In this document: in pieces, positions 47,755-56,709 of the stretch
Layout of the letters: each line of letters opens with the position of its first letter
Numbering within the stretch: position 1 is the first letter of the stretch
Source of the DNA: a virus
Taxonomy: Duplodnaviria > Heunggongvirae > Uroviricota > Caudoviricetes
Reading direction: 5' to 3' (one strand)
IMG/VR virus record: IMGVR_UViG_3300024269_000002
Length of the DNA: 64,000 nucleotides
Made by a program: the position numbers and the translations under genes
The notes under the pieces: model-generated
Databases searched by the model: none
Told to the model about the DNA's origin: nothing
What the model saw: only the letters and a program-made list of their open reading frames with translations

Positions 47755-47955
47755 ATGTATGAAATGAACTTTGTTTGCAAGTGTATCAAAGCTTGTTGGG
47801 ATTTTGATACAGTAGAAGGTAACGTCTACCACGGTGTGGCCGTGTTTGACAAAGATGGGTCTGTCACATTTATCATTGAAGTGTACACCGAAAGTCCCAT
47901 CAAGTGTGTTCAGGAGTGGTTTGAAAACTACTTTGAACTTATCCCTAATAACTGA
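47755..47955 (+). CDS. hypothetical protein
   Basis: GAGGAG RBS. Confidence 0.6.
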   Translation: MYEMNFVCKCIKACWDFDTVEGNVYHGVAVFDKDGSVTFIIEVYTESPIKCVQEWFENYFELIPNN

Positions 47956-47970
47956 TTGGAGGCAATGAAT

Positions 47971-48384
47971 ATGAAGTGGAACATCTATGAGTATGCATCT
48001 GGTTGTATTGTTGCAACTGTTGAAGCTCGTACTGCACGAGAGGCTCTCCTGAAGTATCTGATGGAGCACGAGGAGCTCAATGATATGATGCTTTGGAAGA
48101 GCACTGATCGGCAGGATGGCTGGCGTCTTGCTGAATACGACAACGAGGACGAATTCCTCTATGCCAAAGCAAACTGGGAAGCAACAAATCTGTGGGATCT
48201 GTTTACTAAGCTTCCGATGGAAGCTGATATGAAGCTTGTGGATAGAACTGGTAAAATCCTGGCTGAAAGCTACGGATCTCTACACATTGATGACTTTGAT
48301 GAAGCAAAGATTCTGAGTGTTCAGCTACCCGAAGAGGGCAGCGACATCTACACCGTAACTATCGAGATGGAGGAAAAAGAATGA
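47971..48384 (+). CDS. hypothetical protein
   Basis: GGAGG RBS. Confidence 0.6.
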   Translation: MKWNIYEYASGCIVATVEARTAREALLKYLMEHEELNDMMLWKSTDRQDGWRLAEYDNEDEFLYAKANWEATNLWDLFTKLPMEADMKLVDRTGKILAESYGSLHIDDFDEAKILSVQLPEEGSDIYTVTIEMEEKE

Positions 48385-48758
48385 ACTACACTCTTGATAA
48401 CATAACTGAGTGGACAGCAGATCTGAGTACAAAGCATCCTGTTGTACAATACAGAGTCTACTGTTTACTGACTTCTGATAAGCTAAGACGAGAACACGAA
48501 AAAGAAATCCTTGAAGCTTGTGGTATCGAGGATCGTATTGGATCAAAGGAAGTTACAATCATTACAGATGAGCTTGCAGTTGTTTGCTATACTGACAACA
48601 AGAATCGGATATACTATATTCCGTATGCTGCTGGAAAGAAATCCTTTGAATGGTTCCCCAACTTCGAGTCTGCACTACTCGCTGCAGTGAGTCTTCAGCA
48701 AACAAGCGATACAGCGGCTGTGAAGTATGCTGCTAAAATCTTGGAGGTGCCTCTGTGA
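48381..48758 (+). CDS. hypothetical protein
   Basis: GGAGG RBS. Confidence 0.6.
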   Translation: MNYTLDNITEWTADLSTKHPVVQYRVYCLLTSDKLRREHEKEILEACGIEDRIGSKEVTIITDELAVVCYTDNKNRIYYIPYAAGKKSFEWFPNFESALLAAVSLQQTSDTAAVKYAAKILEVPL

Positions 48759-49297
48759 GAGCGTTGACTGTTTTACTCATGGCTCTTTACTGTTTGTATC
48801 ACTCAACATGTATCAAAGGAACATCTGTGAAGCGGAACTTTGTCCGAGGAATATTTATTCTCACGTCATGGCTGTTGTTTACTCTTTCAGCTGTGCTGTG
48901 TATCATTGGAATTTGAAAGGATTGAACACTATGAGCTATATCCGTACGGATGCTATGTTAGAAGAACTCTTAGGAGTGCCAGTTAACGTGCCGTTTGGTT
49001 GTGGTGGCAGTATATATCGTGTTACTAACTACAATAATCTTCAAGTTAAGATTACTACTACTGGTTGGAAAGAAGTTCACCCTGCAGAGGCCATCTCTGT
49101 TTACATCAACAAACATAACATTAAGATGATGGAGGACTATGTATGATCATTCGTAAAGGCTGGAGAAGACTTCGGTACAAGAACAATATCAAGATGTACT
49201 GTTATGAGGGCTGGTTTCTCCTCGGCATCATCCCTTTGTATGTGAAGAGAGTCACTGTATATACATAATGACATCAAACATGAGGAGATAACTAACA

Positions 49298-49492
49298 ATG
49301 GCTGTTAAACCTATTACAAATGACACCGAGTTGCGATCTGCAACAATTCTACTGAATGTTAACGGACTTGCTATGTGCAACGATAAAACCGTTGATGAGG
49401 TTGTTCAGCATTTCTGTGAAGCAAAGGATCTTTTGATTGAGATCTACAAGTACAATACAACGCGTATTGTAGGTAGTGAAGATAATAAATAA
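49298..49492 (+). CDS. hypothetical protein
   Basis: GAGGAG RBS. Confidence 0.55.
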   Translation: MAVKPITNDTELRSATILLNVNGLAMCNDKTVDEVVQHFCEAKDLLIEIYKYNTTRIVGSEDNK

Positions 49493-49537
49493 CGCGCACA
49501 ACCGATTGTGCAAGGATGTGCATAGGAGATAACCTTC

Positions 49538-50161
49538 ATGTATTCATTTACTCCCGAACAGAATAAGAAGTTGATTGAAATATATCCATATCTGCTACCT
49601 CGAAATGTTTGGACCGATAAAGTTCCAGAAGATTATGATTACAGTTATGTAAGAGGCCACTATGAACTTCCAGATGGTTGGCTGAGACTCTTTTTATTGT
49701 ACTGTAAGGCAATCCGACCCATTCTTGTAAAGGATAACTTTCTCGATGGATTCCGCTTTTCACAGTTGAAAGAAAAATATGGTTCTATGAGACTGTATAA
49801 CTTTGGATATCCAAGAGGTATGGAGGATATTGAGTTTCTATACAGCGGATACAGCGAGTTTGTTTGTCAGCGCTGTGGTAGAATGGCAAAATATAGCACC
49901 ATCGGTTGGGTAGAACAACTATGTGAAGATTGTTATGGCGACAGTGTCTTTGAGTCTGAAAAAGTTGTTAAGCACAGAACAACTAAGATTCGCCGTTGGG
50001 GTCCTGATGGAGAGACTGTTCGAATACTATCCTATAAGGATGTAAACAAGGAATACATGAAATGTTTGAAAATGACTGATGAGCAGTTCTTCAGCTACAT
50101 AACTAAGGAGGAAAACTATGCTCCAGAAGAACATCGAAAAACAGGAACGGAAGAATCGTGA
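49538..50161 (+). CDS. hypothetical phage protein
   Basis: DGW...QLKEKYGSMRLY...CQRCG...LCEDC. Confidence 0.65.
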   Translation: MYSFTPEQNKKLIEIYPYLLPRNVWTDKVPEDYDYSYVRGHYELPDGWLRLFLLYCKAIRPILVKDNFLDGFRFSQLKEKYGSMRLYNFGYPRGMEDIEFLYSGYSEFVCQRCGRMAKYSTIGWVEQLCEDCYGDSVFESEKVVKHRTTKIRRWGPDGETVRILSYKDVNKEYMKCLKMTDEQFFSYITKEENYAPEEHRKTGTEES

Positions 50162-50503
50162 AACATGGGTAGGATACTACCCTAGACGCACTCCTACCAA
50201 GAAAACAAAAATGGATCGGCAGGAGAGGAAACATAAGAATAAACAAGCCCTGTCACAAACCTCGTGGCAGGGTTCTTATTTTACCAATATTCTGGAAGTT
50301 ATTTCGGGTTGTGCATGTCACAATTAGTTACTTAGAATATATTATACTCCACAAAATAACTTTGTTAGCGACTAAAGCACAAAGTTATACAAATCAAGTT
50401 GATTTACAATAATATAATAAATATAATATGACCTGTGGTCATTAACTTAGATAAAGTTAATCAAGTTAATGTTACGATTTAAGTAAAACTATGAGGTTGT
50501 GCT

Positions 50504-50707
50504 ATGAAGATGATTTCTGTCAAAGGTTACAAAGCATTTCATGGACGTATGCTTGTTCAGCTCGCTCCTGATGTGAAGGATGTTGCTCCGTTCGTTGTTG
50601 GTCCTTGCGACTGGATCTATAATCCACAAACAAATATGTGGGTTGCAGAAGTTCATGCATATTCTGCAAATGTATGTACTCCGTTGTTAGAGGTTGAGAA
50701 AAACTAA
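50504..50707 (+). CDS. hypothetical protein
   Basis: After promoter 50399-50427; GAGG RBS. Confidence 0.55.
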   Translation: MKMISVKGYKAFHGRMLVQLAPDVKDVAPFVVGPCDWIYNPQTNMWVAEVHAYSANVCTPLLEVEKN

Positions 50708-50818
50708 AATTCTAAGTTGAATATCTTCATTGAGTCAATTATAATGTTGATGTAGATAATAAATTTACAAATGAATTCTCATGATGTTGTACATATTCTA
50801 TTGAGGAGGAATTTGTAA

Positions 50819-51064
50819 ATGAATCAAAAACCACGTTATGCCACTGTTCGTAAGTATGCCACAAGAGAACTTGTAAGCGGAGATTTTCAGCATGCTGTTT
50901 TCGGAGCTAGAATTCGTGTAGCTTCAAACAAAACTGAAATCAAGCTTGCAGATACTCCCGAAGAGATTGTTTACTTTCTCGATGATGTCTCCTACATGAA
51001 CTTCCTTGAGAAGATTCGTAAACAGTTTCCCATAGTTGACGATGTTTGTGCAGTGCATAGATAG
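50819..51064 (+). CDS. hypothetical protein
   Basis: After promoter 50717-50745; GAGGAGG RBS. Confidence 0.6.
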   Translation: MNQKPRYATVRKYATRELVSGDFQHAVFGARIRVASNKTEIKLADTPEEIVYFLDDVSYMNFLEKIRKQFPIVDDVCAVHR

Positions 51065-51068
51065 ATAC

Positions 51069-51145
51069 GGGCCATTAGCTCAGTTGGTTAGAGCTTCCGG
51101 CTCATAACCGGATCGTCGTTGGTTCGAATCCAACATGGCCCACCA
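51069..51145 (+). tRNA. tRNA with CAT anticodon (Ile2-like, or Met)
   Basis: tccgg-ct CAT aa-ccgga; GGGCC acceptor; CCA. Confidence 0.88.
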
Positions 51146-51257
51146 CTGTGCATCATAGCATGGTACCTCCTTTCAAATTAAAAAGCCTCAATGTAGCACA
51201 AGGCTTCAGTTGCAGCTGTTTCTGGCGTGCTACACTTCTACGAATTATGTTATATAT

Positions 51258-51351
51258 CCATCAATGGTGAAATGGTAGACACAGCCTCGCCAAGTAGAGG
51301 TGCTTCTTAGCGCAGGAAGCGTTGTTGGTTCAAGTCCAACTTGATGGGCCA
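51258..51351 (+). tRNA. atypical class II (Leu-like) tRNA with 8-nt anticodon loop
   Basis: ccatcaa/ttgatgg acceptor, Leu-type D arm, gcctc-gccaagta-gaggt, long variable arm, T arm, GCCA end. Confidence 0.6.
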
Positions 51352-51704
51352 GAATGTCGTAGATCTGAATATAGGCGGGGTGGCAAGGCCGAAATCCTCG
51401 TGACGGCAATAACAGGGGAGCTGCTCCTATGGCTGAAGGCTCCTTACGGCATCTAAACAAGATGAGGGATGATAACCTGTCGAGCGGTGAAATGATATAT
51501 CTGCTGGCGGTGCGTGTACCTACACGACATCATGTTTAGCGTTAACCGAACTCATTGCGTAAAGTTGAGTGACTCATGCACAGGTAGCAATTACATTAAA
51601 TCCGCATCTATAAAGTCATGTTTCTAGTAACTGTTGTTAGAAGTTGCATGAGAACTTCGTCGTGTTGCGGCGTTTGTTCAATGGTGAATGAAACAGCATC
51701 ATAG

Positions 51705-51897
51705 GCCACTAGTTTGATATATCTTCAAGGCGTTTGTTTTGATCGTATGGAAGAGGTGTGGCAACGCAGACCAACTTAGATCTCAATAATATCCGAACAA
51801 GTCGATAAAGGTTTAGCAAAACTTCTTGTATATGATTATTGAGTCTTAAACATAGTGTCTAGGCGTTGAGTAGAAGCTCTGTATTCAAACTAGTGGC
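51705..51897 (+). ncRNA. long-hairpin ncRNA, 6S-RNA-like architecture (strand assumed from context)
   Basis: gccactagtttga/tcaaactagtggc terminal stem, ctcaataat/attattgag apical stem, central unpaired region, about 193 nt. Confidence 0.4.
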
Positions 51898-51919
51898 ACT
51901 AGTTGTCTTGGTTAAATAT

Positions 51920-52006
51920 GCGGGATTGCACGGAATGGTAGACGGGACAGACTCAAAATCTGTTGTCTTTACAGACGTGAGGGTTCGAGTCCCTCATCCC
52001 GCACCA
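51920..52006 (+). tRNA. tRNA-Leu(CAA)
   Basis: acaga-ct CAA aa-tctgt, CCA. Confidence 0.9.
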
Positions 52007-52064
52007 CATAAAATCTAGTTGATATAACTGTTATCATAAATTATAATGTAAGTGTAAATAATTT

Positions 52065-52268
52065 ATGGAGGTAGTTGTTATGCCTAGACCTGATGGTACC
52101 CTTTATGCTTGGGAGAGAGCTCAGATTAACAGCTCTAAGACAAGTTACTATAAAGCTGTTGATGAGGTCAAGAGGCATCCGGAATCCAAAGCTATTTATG
52201 AGTCTTTGGAAAAGAAGGCATTTGCTCACCTGTTAACCGTTACTACCAGATATGCTGGTTGCCGATAA
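52065..52268 (+). CDS. hypothetical protein
   Basis: After promoter 52019-52047; start probably 52080. Confidence 0.55.
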   Translation: MEVVVMPRPDGTLYAWERAQINSSKTSYYKAVDEVKRHPESKAIYESLEKKAFAHLLTVTTRYAGCR

Positions 52269-52456
52269 GAGGTTTTCTGTTAGCCGTATAAAACAGTTTG
52301 ATTAGAGCTAAGTCGCAAGTCGCTTAGCGTGAGGCAAGGCTTGACAAAGAGTACAACTTGTTGAGTCACGTTAAGGAGGCATTGGGCCTTAACGTGATGT
52401 TCGCAAGCCAGTTAGTTGACTCCAGATCATTGATGGACTAGATGATCCACTAATCC

Positions 52457-52543
52457 GCCGGTGTGGTGGAACAGGCAGACACAAGGGACTTAAAATCCCT
52501 CGGTGGCGACATCGTACCGGTTCGAGTCCGGTCACCGGCACCA
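52457..52543 (+). tRNA. tRNA-Leu(TAA)
   Basis: aggga-ct TAA aa-tccct, CCA. Confidence 0.93.
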
Positions 52544-52797
52544 ACTACTTGATTCCTGTAGCGTTTGAAATCGCCAATAATGCGACCCAGCAACTTATGT
52601 TGCAGCTAAGTGAGGCGTACGAGGTAAGAAGGGTTGAGTGGTACAAAGCGTCTTGCTTTTGTTGCTTTTTCTTCTGGCTCAGAAATTAAAAGTAATCGTA
52701 ACGATGCAATACTTACTATGACGTGACAGTGTTAGAAGAAGTGAAATCCGACGATAAATCATGGTTGGCAAGCTGGAATAGACAGCTACTTTTATAT

Positions 52798-52888
52798 GGA
52801 GCGGTACCCAAGTGGTGAAGGGGGCAGTTTGCTAAACTGCTAGACGGTTAACAGCCGTGCGAGGGTTCGAACCCCTCCCGCTCCGCCA
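52798..52888 (+). tRNA. tRNA-Ser(GCT)
   Basis: gcagt-tt GCT aa-actgc, long arm, GCCA. Confidence 0.93.
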
Positions 52889-53293
52889 AAATGAACAAAG
52901 TACAAGTTCATCAGCGATTTGTAGTATAAGATGAGGAATATACCGAAAAAGAGGTCATATGCTTGAGTAGGAGATCTAGGACGGCTAAGAACCCAACCTG
53001 GCTTATCGCGAAACATTAGTCCGACGAGGACAAGCCCGCCTCGGGGAAAACAAGAGGTGCCCAGCGGGAGGGTATGCCGGCCGTATGAAATATCCCGCCC
53101 TTTCAAAAGGTTAGGAAGTTCACGATGAGTAAGTTATCACCTGAGCTTGAAGAACTATTTTCAAGTACATTCAAACTTAGAAAGATTCTATCTCCTGTAT
53201 TACCTCCTGATGCAGTTGATTACTTATGTGAATTGATTGCAAAAGATGGTGCACATAGGAAGTTCTTGGAGCTCACAGAAATGCAAGATTAAG

Positions 53294-53322
53294 TTGATTA
53301 TTCACACGACACATTATATAAT
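53294..53322 (+). promoter_or_regulatory. sigmaA-like promoter for the tRNA-Ser / Ro60 / Y-like RNA unit
   Basis: TTGATT-N17-TATAAT. Confidence 0.75.
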
Positions 53323-53343
53323 GTGGATGTGGTTAATAAATAT

Positions 53344-53434
53344 GGAGGGTTGTCCGAGCGGTTTATGGAGCTGGTCTTGAAAACCAGTGACCGGCGCAAG
53401 TCGGCCCAGGGTTCGAATCCCTGACCCTCCGCCA
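53344..53434 (+). tRNA. tRNA-Ser(TGA)
   Basis: ctggt-ct TGA aa-accag, GCCA. Confidence 0.93.
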
Positions 53435-53479
53435 AAAGTTACAAAGATAAATTCTTAGATGATTGAGGAGATGACCTGT

Positions 53480-55138
53480 ATGAGCAAATTGTCTAATGCA
53501 GCAATGGAAATGCGTGAAGAGGCAACTCTGCGCAGAGACGAGACCGTCGTTAATTTCATGGGTGGTGACTCTTATGTTATCAACCCTCTGGACACATTGA
53601 AGATGATTACCGCATCTTCTATCTATGGTGAGCCTTCCTATTACAGAGACAGCGCAAGCTCCAAGAAGACTTGCGGCAAGTATACCGTCGATACTCGGTA
53701 TGTTAAGGACTCTGTTATTCCTGCCTCCTACGAAGGTAAGCAGACTAACGTGGTTATGGAGGAAGCGATTGACGCTGCTCTGGACTACGATTTTGCTGGC
53801 ACTCTTCAGTGGGCAATCGAGCTCCGTAATGAGTTCAATATGCGCTTGAATCCTCAGATCATCATGGTTCGAGCTGCTCTGCATCCGAAGCGTGCTGAGT
53901 TTACTGCTGCAAATCCTGGTGAGTTTGATAAGATCAATCAGCAGGTAATGTCTCGTGCTGATGAGCCGATGACTCAGATGGCTTACTACCTGTACAAGAA
54001 CAAGGGCAAGAAGAATAACATTCCTTCTGTTATCAAGCGTTCTTGGGCAACTAAGCTGAGCAAGCTCGGCAGATATCCTGTTGCTAAGTATAAGAATCAT
54101 GAGATCGGTATGATCAATGCAGTTCGTTTGTGTCATGCAAATTCTGCAGTAATTGATGAGCTGATGACTTCTGGCACTGTTGAGGTGTCCGAAGATAAGA
54201 AGACCTGGGAAAATCTTCGTTCTGAAGGTAAGTCCTGGAAGGAAATTTTCCATACAGTTGATATGGGTCACATGGCTCTGCTTCGCAATCTGCGTGGCGT
54301 ATTCACTGAGGTGGATGATGTTTCCTTCTGCAAGGAGTATCTGGAGAAGCTGAAGGCAGGTGTTCTGTCTGGTAAGCAGTTCCCGTTCCGCTACTACGCA
54401 GCAATGAATGCTGTTTCCAGCAGCCATTGTAATCATCGTTCTATGATTATGGATGCTCTGGAGGAGTGTTTCGACATTGCTCTGGCAAATTATCCTAAGC
54501 TCAAGGGCAAGACGATGTGTCTGTCTGACAACTCTGGCTCTGCTTGGGGTTCTTTCAATTCTGAGTATGGCACTGTCACTATTGCAGAAATTGACAATCT
54601 GTCTTCTGTGATTACGGCAGCTTGCTCTGAAGATGGATATGTTGGTGAGTTTGGTGACAGACTCATTGTACATCCCATCAGTAAGCGTCAGGGTGTGCTG
54701 AATCAGGCAAAGCAGATCTCTATGGATCGTGGTCATAAGGTTGGTGGCTCCACTGAGGGTGGCATCTGGGAGTTCTTCTACAATGCTATCCGGAACAAGG
54801 AGCATTGGGACAACATCTTCATCTATTCTGATCAGCAGGCTGGTCATGGTGGCTTGTATGGTACTTCCACTCAGAAGTCTCAGTACAGCAAGGCTGGATT
54901 TGCTTGCTCTGGTGGTTGGAGCTCTGATTACATCAATGTCTACAAGTTGATTCTGGAGTACCGTAAGAAGGTCAATCCTAAGGTCAATGTATTCTCCATT
55001 CAGACCGCTGGTTATGACAACATCGTCATTCCGGAAATGGCATACCGTACTGCAATCCAGTATGGTTGGACTGGTAAGGAAGCAGTATTTGCTTCTGAGT
55101 ACATCCGCCAGTGGGATGACATTGAAAACCGCAACTAA
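53480..55138 (+). CDS. Ro60/Rsr-like TROVE + vWA ribonucleoprotein
   Basis: TROVE-like N-terminus (LRNEFNMRLNP, RADE, TWE...MALLRNL, QFPFRY) and C-terminal vWA domain (LSDNSGS, IYSDQQ, GWT). Confidence 0.88.
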   Translation: MSKLSNAAMEMREEATLRRDETVVNFMGGDSYVINPLDTLKMITASSIYGEPSYYRDSASSKKTCGKYTVDTRYVKDSVIPASYEGKQTNVVMEEAIDAALDYDFAGTLQWAIELRNEFNMRLNPQIIMVRAALHPKRAEFTAANPGEFDKINQQVMSRADEPMTQMAYYLYKNKGKKNNIPSVIKRSWATKLSKLGRYPVAKYKNHEIGMINAVRLCHANSAVIDELMTSGTVEVSEDKKTWENLRSEGKSWKEIFHTVDMGHMALLRNLRGVFTEVDDVSFCKEYLEKLKAGVLSGKQFPFRYYAAMNAVSSSHCNHRSMIMDALEECFDIALANYPKLKGKTMCLSDNSGSAWGSFNSEYGTVTIAEIDNLSSVITAACSEDGYVGEFGDRLIVHPISKRQGVLNQAKQISMDRGHKVGGSTEGGIWEFFYNAIRNKEHWDNIFIYSDQQAGHGGLYGTSTQKSQYSKAGFACSGGWSSDYINVYKLILEYRKKVNPKVNVFSIQTAGYDNIVIPEMAYRTAIQYGWTGKEAVFASEYIRQWDDIENRN

Positions 55139-55148
55139 ATAAAGTACT

Positions 55149-55289
55149 GGCTGAAGCAGCCGTAACAGTTACTTCTATACAAAACAGATTTGTAAATGTA
55201 CTTGAAATACATAATTCAAGAGTTTAATGACACCGCCTCCAGTTGTTAAACACTTTTTTGAAACATACTGTTACATCACTTTCTCAGCC
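55149..55289 (+). ncRNA. Y-RNA-like cassette 1 (Ser-TGA anticodon hairpin)
   Basis: ggctga/tcagcc and gtaacagt/actgttac stems; GAAGCAG...AGTTACTTC; atgta-ct TGA aa-tacat at 55196-55212. Confidence 0.72.
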
Positions 55290-55310
55290 TTTACATAAAT
55301 AACAAAATAT

Positions 55311-55448
55311 GATTGTTGATGCAGTTGGGCCAGTTACTTCGGTTAACAATTTTTACTGTCAAATGAAAATTTAGTTGGTTCAAATCCAACAGCGTCCACT
55401 GTAGTAGGGCGTAAGTAATTTATGCTGGAACAGAATTTCTCAACAATC
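55311..55448 (+). ncRNA. Y-RNA-like cassette 2 (Asp-GTC-like hairpin, T arm, closed acceptor-like stem)
   Basis: gattgttga/tcaacaatc stem; GATGCAG...AGTTACTTC; ct GTC aa loop; gttgg-ttcaaat-ccaac. Confidence 0.72.
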
Positions 55449-55463
55449 TTTGAAAACTAGTTC

Positions 55464-55541
55464 GCTGATGCAGCTGGAAGAGTTACTTCAATAGACTGCT
55501 AATCTATCATGGGAAACAACACTCTTCTTCATATTCTCAGC
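55464..55541 (+). ncRNA. Y-RNA-like cassette 3 (Ser-GCT anticodon hairpin)
   Basis: gctga/tcagc and gaagagt/actcttc stems; ataga-ct GCT aa-tctat at 55491-55507. Confidence 0.75.
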
Positions 55542-55562
55542 TTTCTATAAACAGGAAAATAT

Positions 55563-55716
55563 CTATTGTGATGCAGTCGAGTCAGTTACTTCTAATGCTT
55601 GGGGAGCACGGGGTCACAGGTTCGAGTCCTGTCAATCCCTCAAATTCGAGGGTTGTAGCTCAGTCGGTAGAGCACGTACAGAATTTTGTCACTGATTCAT
55701 TTATTCTCACAAATAG
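55563..55716 (+). ncRNA. Y-RNA-like cassette 4 containing a circularly permuted tRNA-Pro(GGG)
   Basis: ttgtga/tcacaa and gagtcagt/actgattc stems; internal order is anticodon loop, T arm, 3' acceptor, loop, 5' acceptor, D arm. Confidence 0.78.
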
Positions 55717-55736
55717 TTATTGTATATAATTATATG

Positions 55737-55817
55737 TTCCGATGCAGCTTGTAGAGTTACTTCAACATATTTTTGGTTATGTATTAAGAAACAACACTCT
55801 ACTCATTATCCTCGGAA
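55737..55817 (+). ncRNA. Y-RNA-like cassette 5 (Gln-TTG-like hairpin)
   Basis: ttccga/tcggaa and gtagagt/actctac stems; acata-tttTTGgt-tatgt. Confidence 0.7.
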
Positions 55818-55824
55818 TTGATTT

Positions 55825-55901
55825 GGGCCCATAGCTCCAACTGGGAGAGCACCTGCTTTGCACGCAGGGGGTTGTCGGTTCGAATCCGACTGGGTCCACC
55901 A
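55825..55901 (+). tRNA. tRNA-Ala(TGC)
   Basis: cctgc-tt TGC ac-gcagg, G3:U70, CCA. Confidence 0.93.
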
Positions 55902-56289
55902 GTTCAATTGATTGAAATGCTTGTCTGTCCAAGCACACGTTGAGACAGATGGTTGGCGCTGTGAAAGTTAAATGCGTCCAAGTGTAGAGCGAAGGATGGT
56001 CGCTACACAAAAATAAATTGTATATAACAATATAAAATATCACAAGGAGTTATCTCTCATGTTTGAATTCAGATTTGAACTTAATATGAATCTTGATAAC
56101 TACCCATGCCATGATATTTTTAACCGTTACGGAAGAATTGAACGTAACAGATCGCGAATAACTTGATCATTACAGTATGTTATAATACAAATTGTAAGCA
56201 TTGAGTATTCGCGAAGAGTATTCAATGCTTTTATTTTTAGTTGATAATTCTTGATATATACTATATCATATGAACATAGAATAAGATAT

Positions 56290-56365
56290 GCTCCGTTAGC
56301 TCAGCAGGTAGAGCAACTGGCTGTTAACCAGTGGGTCGGCGGTTCGATCCCGTCACGGAGCGCCA
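56290..56365 (+). tRNA. tRNA-Asn(GTT)
   Basis: actgg-ct GTT aa-ccagt, GCCA. Confidence 0.93.
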
Positions 56366-56371
56366 AAAGTT

Positions 56372-56472
56372 CACGGTATAGCTTATATGGTAAAGCATCC
56401 GAATCCCAGGAACAAGACCGAGATGAAATAGCTCTCGAAGATAAATAGGTTCAAATCCTGTTGCCGTGTCCA
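56372..56472 (+). tRNA. tRNA-like element with degenerate anticodon arm and large insertion
   Basis: cacggta/tgccgtg acceptor plus TCCA, D arm and T arm intact; anticodon not assignable. Confidence 0.5.
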
Positions 56473-56481
56473 ACAAAATAT

Positions 56482-56568
56482 GGGTCGGTAGAGCGTAGTT
56501 GGTACCGCACCGGACTGTAAATCCGGTCCTTATTGGCAGCGCTGGTTCGAGTCCAGCCCGGCCCACCA
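56482..56568 (+). tRNA. tRNA-Tyr(GTA)
   Basis: ccgga-ct GTA aa-tccgg, CCA. Confidence 0.88.
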
Positions 56569-56709
56569 ATGCTTACTTTGATGAAGATGAATGTAGTCAA
56601 GTTAAAAACTTATGCCTAAGTATATAGTTGATCATCCAGCTATATAGTGACAGGGTAAAACGTCGGGGAAGTTTAGATTAGTGTCACCTGTCATCCTATT
56701 AAAATATTT

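Noticed and set aside
52930-53105. Group II intron domain V or RNase P fragment in a GC-rich spacer
   Set aside because: It resembles these only superficially (ggccgtatgaaa), and I could not build the required helices. It may still be an unclassified structured RNA.
53363-54847. 494-aa minus-strand ORF
   Set aside because: It is the antisense shadow of the codon-biased TROVE gene, has no recognisable motifs and runs into a tRNA.
55149-55817. CRISPR array
   Set aside because: The recurring parts are short split motifs inside covarying stems, unit lengths vary from about 78 to 154 nt, and no cas genes are present. This is a structured RNA family, not repeat-spacer.
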